Shown here piece by piece: positions 53,801 to 64,000 of a stretch of 64,000 nt of DNA. Position numbers and translations under genes: made by a program. The stretch is taken from contig CBFDEM010000046.1 in the NCBI GenBank assembly GCA_965603825.1, positions 372,001 through 436,000 of the forward strand, in the 5' to 3' direction. This stretch comes from Blepharisma stoltei ATCC 30299. Its lineage: Eukaryota; Protista; Ciliophora. Below the pieces are notes generated by a model that worked only from the letters and a program-made list of their open reading frames with translations, ran no database searches and was not told where the DNA came from. Positions within the stretch are counted from its first letter, which is position 1. Each line of letters opens with the position of its first letter.

Positions 53801-54994
53801 CTATATGATGCTTTGTCAATGTTTATTGATTATGTATTTTATATTTAGACTCAAAAATTAATGAGCGATGCCAAAAGCCGAAAAGGATATGAAGACGATA
53901 TTAAATGACTCATGATAAATGGAGTTACTTATTCCCTAAAATATGTTCACAAAGTATCAAAAGATTTATTAGAATGTGAAAAAAATACCAAAAGTGATAA
54001 AAGTATGGTTATTAATGTTTTATTTATTATTGGAATTTTAATTTGCGCAATTTTTATAGCATTGCTGATGGCTTTTGGCTATTTTTTAAAAACTGTTTAT
54101 GATAAGTTTTGATCAAATTTAAAAAAATCAGTTACTTTGAGTTCTGATTTTTTGAAAAGCACTATTTTCGAAAGGCTTTTGTCAGTTCATAGCCAAGATT
54201 CAATTTATTATGATACCTATTACAATAATTCCAAAAAATTATCAAGCTATCATATAAAAACAACCCTTGCTAAAAGATTATTTTATAGATTAAGCTTGAT
54301 TATTATCATTTCTCTTTGCTTTTATTTAGTCATGATATTCTTTTTATACAAACAATGCCAAGAATCAATGATAGATCGATCGAGGCTATTGCAAAATTTT
54401 AAGTTCAGAAGCATTTTAATATCAAGATTGGCCTTGTATATTAAAGAAATAAATGATAATTTATTCTTAAAATATTATCCAGAATCTTATGCTTTCACGG
54501 ATCCTTATACAGAATTTTATAAAACTATTGATGAGTATGACTTTGAATATAAAAAATTGCTATCAAGTAAATGAGATTATTTATTATCAAAAGATATCAA
54601 AGAAAGTCTTTTTGAATCGACAAATTATCCTTTGGCTTATATGAAATTCGGGCTTATTTCTGCCTCAGAGTTGGTTATAAGTGATTCATTATTTCTAAGC
54701 CGAGTTTACTCAGATAGTCTATATTCGAAATATTATATAAGCACTATTACATTGCAAAGCGGTTTATCCAGCAGCTTTACGCTAGCTGATGCAAGCTCAA
54801 AAGATTATATTGATAGTCAGCTAAATTCGATGGTATCCCTTACAATTCTATTTTCAGCTATTCTCGGAACTTTAAGTTTGTTTTACTATTTACCGTATTT
54901 AAGACAAGAAAAGAAATTTCTTGACAAAGCTTGCTTTTTGCTGGAAATCATTATGAATTCTAAAGAAAATCAAGCAAAACTTACCTTAAAATAA
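50813..54994 (+). CDS. P9: PAS membrane family protein, ~1378 aa; introns 53352..53366, 53438..53452, 53834..53848
   Basis: ATG 50813 (MKFLSKNE); all ORF pieces are in one frame with TGA=Trp. Confidence 0.87.
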
Positions 54995-55049
54995 AATATT
55001 AATTTATAGTTTAAGGAAAATTAATAATTAAATAAAGATTAAATTACTA

Positions 55050-55640
55050 AATGAAGCATCATAAAATAGTAAATAAAGCAAATCATAATTGACTGCTTGA
55101 TTCAGATATTTAAGCCTTACTTTACTCATAGAAACAATATCAATATTCAAGTAATTATTGAAATTATTACTAATTTTACAATGTTTCTGCAGGCTGCATC
55201 CAATTTTTAATTATGACTGCATATGTGCAAATTAAAATATATATATATATATATATTTATTGCTTCGCTGGGAAATCTTGGCAGCAGTTGTCAAAATAGA
55301 GAAGAAGTCCTAGCTATAATTTTTTATTACTCATGTAATAAATTTTTCGCAAAGAGTCATCTCTTTATCATATGAGAAGTTAAATTTTTAATGCGCGATG
55401 TTAAAGATGAGAGGGTTGAAAGGGTAAAATTTAAAAAAAATTCCATTTATACAGGCCAAGCTGGAAGGGAATATGCAAAAACGCCGAATTTTGGAGAAAT
55501 TTTATGAAAAAGAGTTTAGAGATTTGAATAAAATAGAATATTTGCACTTCTTAACAGATCTTCGTAAAGCTGAAAAAGAAAAGATAGGAAAATTTGTTAT
55601 GCTATATTAAATCATTGGGCTGAAATAGCGCAAAAAGCCA
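55050..55640 (+). pseudogene. Highly decayed PAS-family remnant containing (AT)10 at 55237..55256
   Basis: Recognisable pieces DCLIQIFKP..QVIIEIITN, FNYD, LFIIWEV..VKDER and IEYL. Confidence 0.7.
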
Positions 55641-56153
55641 ATTTTCAAATATTTAGATTTTTAACAGAATATCTTAAGATTTTTCAATACAAATGAAGCT
55701 ATTTTATGTTATTAAGCTTCTATGATTGCATTATCTATTAACCTTAATAAAAGATCTAATAATGATAACCAAACCTTGTTTTAACTAACTATATTTGAAA
55801 ATTCAATGCCTAGTAAATATAAGACACAAAATTAGCAATTAAAAACTAAACAATCATATGCAATTTGATTTATTAGAATAATTAATTTAATGATCAAAAC
55901 TTAATTTTAGAATTCCGACGAAGCTCTTTTTATAAGATTACCTAAAAAGCGTTTCAGCCAAGATTTTTATAATTATAAATTAATTATTTATATGATAAGC
56001 CATAGCATTTTTATTTTATAATTTATTATTTATGTTTCGGTTCTCATCTTTACCAATTAAAGTTCAATATTTATGAGGTAAATGTCGCTTATTAAGTAAA
56101 ATTTTTGCTATTTATGCAGACATAATAATTCGAATAATTATTAAAATTTAATA

Positions 56154-59100
56154 ATGATTGATAATTTGGTGGAAGATCTTGAGAACATAAGCTATCCATT
56201 TGCAAGAAAAGAAACGCTAAAAGACTGAGAAAAATTAAAAGTATATTTTTATGATTTTTTGACCTGTTTCTTTCAACCTCAATTCAACAAAAAAATTCAA
56301 TATAAAAACCAATTGCTTATAGAAACAATCAAACATGTCATATTATGCACACAAGTAATATCAATTCTCTGATACCCGAGTATGAAAATTAAAGGCTGAA
56401 GTTCATGCTCAATTATATGGAAATTTATCTGATTTGTTAATTATGACAGCTTACTTACACATTTAAGAATTTATCGTCTTGGCTTCATAATACAAGTTTC
56501 AATTATGGGCTATTTATTCATAATTTGATTGCTATTCTTTATACTGAATTTTTTCAATCGTAGAATTTCACAGGGGTTTATCTATGTGTCACAAATTATT
56601 ACGAGCTTTTTAGCTACAATATCTTTTATTCCTTCATTGACGATTTTATTGGTAACTTTTAAATACTCAACATTTGATTTTAGTGAAGTTCAGGAATATT
56701 ATGAAAACGATAAATCAAGCTTTGATTGCAGTATTTATGGAGCTATATTGTCTCCTATCTTTTTAGTATTCTTAATTTTAGTAGCATTTTTGAATGAATT
56801 TTTTACAGCTGATCTTAAGCATTCAAATTCAACAAAAAATATTAGAGCAAGATCGCATTCTACACTAGATTTAATATGGCTTGCATTTTGTATAATTCAG
56901 GTAAATATATTTATTTTTGTGGATCAAAAACTGATGGCTTGATATTGAACTGCTTTATTGATCATGTCAATATATCTTCTTATACAGTTTTGAATAGACT
57001 TGCCATATTACAGCTCTATGTTGAACTCAATACACACAAGCAAATTTGGCATAATATCTGTATGTTCAATAGCATTTCTATGTGGATATTGAAATGATGA
57101 TGCAAGAACCTTGACTGTCTTATGCATTTTTTTCCCTCCATTAGTTATATTTCTTTCATTTGCTTTGACATTCAAAAGATATTCGAGATTGAAAACTCAT
57201 ACAAATTCTCCAAGACATCAATTTCATTTTGAAAGATGCCTTCGGCATTCTCTAGTAGATCAATATTGTGATAATATAGAAGAAATAATAAAAATATTTT
57301 CAGAATGCTTTAATAAGAAAAAGATAGACATGGATGGACTATTTGTTATATGAGAAGCAAATTTCTGCATTAGTATTGCTAAAAATGAAAGGCTAGGAAG
57401 ATTAAAATTAACTAAAATGAGTCAAATCAGGGAAAATATAGAAGCAAATTATCAAAAATTCAGAATTATAAATAAATTAGGGAAGAAAAGTTTGTCTAAC
57501 TTATCAGAAATTAAATATATGGAATATTTAACAAAACTTGATGAAGTAAAAAAATATGACAAAAAAATCTGTTATGAATTATTTAAATTTTGGACAGAAA
57601 TTTCTTCCAGAAAACCAAAATTTACGAAGCTAAAGCCCATGATGGAAAAAATTTCGAATCACTCTATAAAAATAAAAACACTATATAAGTCAATTTTGAC
57701 TAACAATAATTACTCAGAGGCTTGAGAATTATATGGAACTTTTCTCAAAAATATCCTTGGAGAGCACGAGAAAGGGAATTTAGTGCTAAAAAAAAGGAAT
57801 GAAAATAAAGAAATGAACTCAACTCGAGTTTCCAACTCAAAAATCGAGTATAATGAAAATTTATGTGTTATTTTAATATCTTTGGATGCAGACTCATTTG
57901 GGACCATATCATATATAAACAAAAAAGCTTCACAAGTCTTAAAAGTTTCTCTTGACGAAGCAATAGGGAGAGACATCAATGACTTTATCCCAAAACCATA
58001 TTCCTTATTCCACAGTGAAAAAATGAAGCAATTTTATGTAAACGGTATAAAAACAAGACTGGAAAGGTTAAATTTTTTAGTGCTACAGGACGGATATGGA
58101 CATATATTCGAATGCAATTTAGTAATTGAACTTACTGCATTTAACAATAAAGCATATTTCATGGTTAGATTTATAGAAATCTTGTGTAATAGGCAAGTAA
58201 TTTTATTATCCAAAGAAGGAGAAATTTATAATCATTCAGAAAATTTAGGACCGATTATTGGATACCAACAAAAAGATTTTAGCCATTTGAATATATCAGA
58301 TGTTTTTCCAGGAGTCAAGCTAAATAAACTGTATTTATTTTTGCCGAAAATAATAATGTCAAATGAAACTAAGCTCGCCTTGGTTCATGTTCAAATAGCA
58401 ATAAACTTATATACAATCCATTTAATTTTCGTGATAAGTGACAGTCTTGATATAGAAAAATGACAAAATGAAGAAGCCCCTGAACAAATAGAATTTTTCG
58501 GACAATCTGAATGCCAACTTAATGAAAATTATGAAGAAATTAGACACAAAAATCCTAAAAATACTTTGATATCAATAAATTCTGCTGATCAAATTTCTAA
58601 AGCATTTTTATATGAGGAAAACCTATGGGAAAAGGCTGCAGATTACAGAGTGGATCAAAATCAAGAAAAAAACATACTAGCAGACCGTATTTAATATCTA
58701 GAGTTATCAGCTCGATATATAAGAAGGACCGAATATTCGATCAGAAAGTTTTGATGGATTTTACTTTATGCTGTATTTTTCATATAGATTTTAGCAATGA
58801 TAGGTACAAATACAGGAATTTTGATATATATTATAAACAATGTCAACCATACAACTTCTATGGAAGTGTTTTCGAATCTTGGAAGCATAATATTCTATAT
58901 TGGAACTACGCCAATTTGGATTAGAGTCGCTGAGTCAGAAAAAATGCAAGGAGAGTTTAACTCAACAGAAGCAATGATAAATCTAAAATACATTAGAACA
59001 TCACTAATTCAACTTCAAAATTCACTGAAAAGTGATTATTCTGAATGAAGCTATTGCCCTAGCTCTGAGATAATAGTTAGAAACATTGTTCCCGTATGGG

Positions 59101-60335
59101 AGTTTGGGCAAGAGCCTAAAATAAAGCACTATAACTTTTACGATTTCGTTTCATTGTTTATTGAATATGTATTTTTTATGTAGATAGGAAAAACAATAGA
59201 AGATTTCTCTACAAAAATCTCATATAAAGATGATATAAAATGGCTAGAAGCAAATTCATTAAGCTATCCTTTCCAGTATTCAAATGCAGCTTTAGAAGAT
59301 CTCGTAGAATGCGAGAAAAATAGAATTTATGATAAAAGTCAAGTCGTTATAATTTTGATAATTGTTGGAACTCTGATTTGTGGTGCATGCTTGGCATTGC
59401 TTATGTATTTCAGTTTTATACTGAAATTTATATATGACAAAGCATGGACATATTTAAGAAAGTCTGCCATTTTTAATCACATTTTGCTTAAACAAGCCTG
59501 CTTGGACAGACTTATATCTGTTCATGGCGTTGAAATGACAAATGAGCACATATTATATGAAATAATCCCAAAAAATATGAATTTTAATATAAAAACAACT
59601 CTCACAAAAAATTTCTTCATAAGACTCTGCATTTTTGTCATAATTTCGCTATGCTTTTATTTATTTACTGTTTTTTATTCTTATGATATCTGCGAAAATT
59701 ACATGATAAATCGGCCAAAATTGCTACAGCTCTTCAATAAGCAAAGAATAGTACTTGGAAAGATTTTGTACTATACTAAAGAAATAAGTGAGTCATGCTT
59801 AGATGATTATCCAAATTCCTGTGCTTTTCAAGATCCAAGAACTGAATTTGATAAATTAATTGAAGAATATCAAAATTTAGACTCTAATAAATTGCTTTCA
59901 AACGGAATGATTGAATTTCAGTCTGATGATATGAAAAGAGACCTTTATGAAAAAACAGATTATTCTGGCGATTATTTGAAGTATGGATTAATCCCTGCAG
60001 CGCATTCTTTAATTTTTGACTCTATTTATATGAGAGGTAGCTATAATGAATCAGAGTTTCTTAACCTCTTTTCAGAGTCCACATTTTTGCAATTAGCCAT
60101 GTCAGAGTTTTTACCATTATCGGAAAAACGAACAAAGCATGCAATATTTTTTCAGCTAAATATAATTGTATATACAACTGTTATTTTTTCAATAGCTTTA
60201 GGAGCTTTGTATCTCTGTTACTACTTGCCTTATTTAAAAAGAGAGATTTCATTTCTCAAAAAGTCAAGAATTTTGCCAAAAATCATTTCAAATTTGACAT
60301 CTCATAAGAGTGAGGTAGAGTATAAGCAAGCTTAA
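56154..60335 (+). CDS. P10: PAS membrane family protein, ~1378 aa; introns 58687..58701, 58773..58787, 59169..59183
   Basis: ATG 56154 (MIDNLVED); one frame. The in-frame TAA/TAG codons I found all lie inside the three 15-nt introns. Confidence 0.87.
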
Positions 60336-60616
60336 CTAATTCAATATTTTATATAATAAGCATAATTGCATATAACTTTTTTATTGCTTAAATTTAATAA
60401 AAAATAGGGATTTTGCTGACTCTGAAAGGGGAAAGCAAAAAAAGTAATAAAATCTATATGCTTTTTATCAAACTGGATTTTATGGGCTCATTTAATTTTC
60501 TGCTAAAATCAATTTTATAGATTAGTTAGATATGCATCCTAGATAAATTATTTGGAATTTATATAAATAATCAAAAATTATAAATATTTTTAATCGCTGA
60601 TAATTTTTATATTTAT

Positions 60617-61699
60617 CTAATATGTACCGAGAATGCTCAATATTTCTTTCGTCAGTAATTCTTGGATTTTTTCTGGATCACTAATTACTTTGCAAATTTC
60701 TTTTATATCATCGATTGAAGTAGGCATCGTGTCCAGTCCAAAATCATAGTCTAGGTTCAATACAAGCTTTTCTTTGTCATCCATAATTTGAAAATTTTGT
60801 TTTAATTTCTTGACTATCTTTAAATTGTGTTGTAGACTTCCTACTATTTGATCAATTGAATCTTTAAAATCAGAATTCGTAACATTTTTGAACTCTTCGA
60901 ATTTTTGCCTTAAATCTTCAGTTGTTCTTTGGATTATCTCTATTATTTTTTTTTCTGCAATTTCAATGCTATTTTTCATAATTGATTCTCCAAGCCGAGA
61001 AACATATTGGGTGATTTCATCATATGATTTTGTCCACATATTTATTTGGGCTTCAAATTTGGATTCTAACTCGTTGAGGAGCTCCGTTTTTTTACAAATT
61101 AGTTCGGAAACCTTCTCCGATTCTAGGTCTATACAGTTATGAAATTTATGGCTAAAAAGGCATTTTCCACAGCAAAGTGAAGAATGATCTTGACAAAAGC
61201 CTATTAAATATAAGCCATGTTCTGGACATCTTTTTCTTGAATTATCAGCTTCTTGTAGCAGCGCATAATTTATAGGCAAAAATTCTATAAATGAGTTAAA
61301 AGGTTTTCTGTCATAAGGGCATTGCGCCATTCCTATTGTAATTTTTATTTTTCCTAAGCAAACTCGGCAAAAAGTATGCCCACAAGGTAGGCATATAGGT
61401 TCTCTTTCAACAGAATTATAAGTATTTAAACATATAGGGCACCTTTGATAGGAACCCCAAAGATACTTGCCTATCGAGCTATCTCAGCTATATTGATTTA
61501 ATTTATCGATCAGCGTTTTCCCACTTTGTATATCCCAAGCGATTTTTTCAAAGGCTGAATCTATCACGTTGTAGGAAGAAGATGGGAAATGAACGGCGTT
61601 TGAATATTTTGATTTCCTGGGGTAGGTTTGGTTACGAGTTGGCTCTTTTTTTGGAGAGTAAAGGCTATTTCTGGCCTTTCTTATTCTAAGCTTTACCAT
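60617..61699 (-). CDS. RING (C3HC3D) / B-box / coiled-coil TRIM-like E3 ubiquitin ligase, 360 aa
   Basis: ORFs 61484..61699 and 60617..61330 join via TGA=Trp. This reveals CPIC...LPCGHTFCRVC...CPYD, then B-box CPEH...FCQDH..LCCGKC...HKFH and a coiled coil. Confidence 0.88.
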
Positions 61700-62595
61700 T
61701 ATAAATATAAGCTGAAATTAATGATTATAGCAAATAATTTTATTAATTTAATTGATAAGCAATTGAAGACTCGCAGCTATTTGATCACAATTTTTCTGGA
61801 AAGTTTAATTTTCGTGTATTCATGATTTTGCTGATTCGGGAATATTCCATCAGTACCATAATTTTTGTTAGCTAACTAAAACCAACAACTATTAAATGTT
61901 AAATGGAACCATTTGAAGCTTAATTTGAGTGAATTTTATTATTAATTTTGCTAAAAATCCAACCTTAAAACACATCAGCTAGAAATTTTCTAACTTATAT
62001 ACTTAAGATTTAAAAGCAAATAAAAAACTAGTGAAATTTGTAAAAAATAATTTTTAAATTAGAACTCTTAGGCTGGTAAGAGAAGTAAAAGACAAATTTG
62101 ATGCTATTTTTATATTTCGGTTTAATTATTGATTAATAGGGACTAAGATGTGAGAAAATTGGGTAAGGGTAAATAAGTAAAGACTTTTATTTAAGAAAAT
62201 TAAATTTATAAAAGTTGCATGGGCGTTAAGGTCAAGATTGCTTCAAAATAAGCAGAGGAGAATTTTTAGAAATGGTGAGCATATTTACATTTCTTGAAAG
62301 TCAGAAATATCAAATCTTTCGGAATTTTAAACTATAAAAGTATTTCGCAAATGCTCTATACAAATATATGGTAAAGAGATTGATATAAAAACTATTTAAA
62401 CGAAAGAATTTAGATTTATTTATCTAAAAACCACTCAGAAATGCACAATTGCTAGCTGTTACATCTCTAAGTTGAATTACTTTAAATAATTATTATTCGG
62501 CCATAGAAAAATTTCCTTTTTATAATTATTTACAACAAATTCATCGGCCATTTGTTGGAGAGATTTTTAATTCTAACTAAATTTAAGTTTTAAAT

Positions 62596-62961
62596 TTAAT
62601 TTTTACGTTTTTTCTCAGCAAGCTTCAAAACTTGAGGCACTTCTTTCGTCTTCACAAAATAGTTTATTCCGAGGGATGACAATAAGCATAAAACAATTGC
62701 AAAATTCTTATATTTCGAAAACACCTTACAGAGAGTCGATAAGCTTTCTATTTTACTTGTATATTTTAGCAGAAATCTGAACAAGATATAGGCATAAATC
62801 CCAAGTCTTGTAGACTGTGATATCAGCTTTTTTATATCGAAAGCAGCTGAGACTAGCCTTTTGGCTTCGTTTTCTTGATGCTGTTTGAGCATAAACTTCT
62901 CATATCCTCCATCATCGCATTCATAGCACTCGTCTATTTCAGGTATTTTATCAAGAGCCAT
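62596..62961 (-). CDS. Hypothetical small protein with hydrophobic segments
   Basis: 121-aa ATG..TAA ORF downstream of 63018..63761 on the same strand. Confidence 0.6.
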   Translation of the reverse strand: MALDKIPEIDECYECDDGGYEKFMLKQHQENEAKRLVSAAFDIKKLISQSTRLGIYAYILFRFLLKYTSKIESLSTLCKVFSKYKNFAIVLCLLSSLGINYFVKTKEVPQVLKLAEKKRKN

Positions 62962-63017
62962 TTATAATTATAGCGAATTATCTGGTTTAAAATATAGCAA
63001 TATGAAGCTGAGTTTTA

Positions 63018-63761
63018 TTATACTAAATAATCGTGAAGAATTTTATAACGGTCTGATTGGTCTCCAGGGTCGTTTCTTCTGTAAATCCTTAGCTTTTTTA
63101 CTGAAGGAATAACATCTGACTGTTGTTGAGGAATAACTACTTGCAAGTGCTTAATAGGTTTAAATTTCGTTTCAAGGCTTATTTGTGGAATATTTTCAAA
63201 ATCAGCTGAATCAGTTTGTTGGCTTTCGTCAATAAATTTTTTTACCTTATTTTTATTTTTAGCGAAAAAGTCTTTTAAAGATTCTGCACCAATTTCATGA
63301 ACTAGCATTGGGGATCGTAATTTATATCGGAACTCAGGAGATGGCGACCTTGATCCTGGAGTGGGGACTTCACTATATGTAAGAGGTAAATTTCTAAATG
63401 AGTCTAAATTGCTACGATTTGTAATAAATGATGTATCGATTTCTCTTCTGTCTGTAGTTGGAATCAAAGGAGGGAGGATTTTTGCTGATTTTTCAGATTT
63501 ATCCTGGTTTTGGTTCAAGTTTTCGTAATTTTGCTTAATCCTCATATAACTCACTGAAATCTTGCTTTTAAATATTCCGTTTGGGGATTTTGATATCCTG
63601 AAAGCAGGCAATTCAGGTCTTTTAATTTTTGGCTCACTTTCTTGTTTTGCCTTCTCTAAAAAGCTTTTTTCAATAATCCTTCGTTTAGGAGATACATAAA
63701 AGTGGCTATTTTTTTCGATTTTTAGAGGAGTTAGTGGGGTGAATTTATTTGTACTTTTCAT
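63018..63761 (-). CDS. Hypothetical low-complexity, SP/TP-rich protein
   Basis: 247-aa ATG..TAA ORF. Confidence 0.7.
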   Translation of the reverse strand: MKSTNKFTPLTPLKIEKNSHFYVSPKRRIIEKSFLEKAKQESEPKIKRPELPAFRISKSPNGIFKSKISVSYMRIKQNYENLNQNQDKSEKSAKILPPLIPTTDRREIDTSFITNRSNLDSFRNLPLTYSEVPTPGSRSPSPEFRYKLRSPMLVHEIGAESLKDFFAKNKNKVKKFIDESQQTDSADFENIPQISLETKFKPIKHLQVVIPQQQSDVIPSVKKLRIYRRNDPGDQSDRYKILHDYLV

Positions 63762-64000
63762 TAATGTTGGACATTAATTTTAATTATTTGGAAATTTTTC
63801 CAACTATTAATATAAGAATAATTCATATAATTATTCCTAATAATTATTTTATCAGAGCGAAATAAATTCCTGACCCGAATTATAATAATTTATTAAGACA
63901 AATATATTGCTTTCATTATTAAAAGTAACCAAAATTTACCAAAGATTAATTGAATTTGTCTTAACCAGTGCTACCAAAATTAGCTTTCATCAGAGCTTTT

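Noticed and set aside
58692-58694. Nonsense TAA in P10 (and at 33930 in P5), or TAA reassigned to Gln
   Set aside because: Both lie inside a 15-nt intron conserved across paralogues; elsewhere TAA/TAG behave as stops.
12477-60335. Whole array as TGA-riddled pseudogenes or as dozens of small genes, as the ORF track suggests
   Set aside because: The fragments are in frame, and TGA sits at conserved Trp positions that are TGG in paralogues.
1-64000. Bacterial (Mycoplasma-like, code 4) or mitochondrial origin
   Set aside because: Spliceosomal introns, U2AF, RING/B-box, COX19 and LINEs indicate a eukaryotic nuclear genome.
1-64000. Telomeric repeats, tRNA or rRNA genes
   Set aside because: No CCCTAACA-type tandem repeats, cloverleaf or rRNA-like sequence recognised by eye; a covariance-model scan was not possible.

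Overview
AT-rich eukaryotic DNA, almost certainly from a heterotrich ciliate of the Blepharisma type (probably the somatic/macronuclear genome). Two signals support this. TGA is read as Trp (translation table 4): ORF-track fragments join in frame across TGA at positions where paralogues have TGG. Genes also carry tiny 15-nt (one 16-nt) GTA...AG spliceosomal introns; I could map 26 of them. The ORF track, computed with TGA as stop, therefore fragments most genes. Left end (1-11.5 kb): a 5'-truncated LINE, a reduced U2AF large subunit, a voltage-sensor-fused adenylyl cyclase homologue lacking its catalytic residues, a COX19-like gene, a secreted patatin and some hypothetical genes. Centre (12.5-60.3 kb): a ~48-kb tandem array of ~1400-aa multi-pass membrane proteins with PAS domains (TmcB/TmcC-like). 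It has 7 apparently intact copies, 1 frameshifted copy, 2 pseudogenes and 3 small remnants, and is interrupted by a young 5'-truncated LINE of a second family and a 56-bp palindrome. Right end: a RING/B-box/coiled-coil (TRIM-like) gene and two hypothetical genes. The best candidates for new biology are (i) the PAS receptor array, which has a FixL-like His and no output domain, (ii) the pseudo-cyclase channel subunit, (iii) a U2AF65 lacking RRM2 and RNP aromatics in a tiny-intron organism, and (iv) a stop-free in-frame intron that looks like a conserved peptide. All family assignments come from motif recognition by eye, not from database searches.
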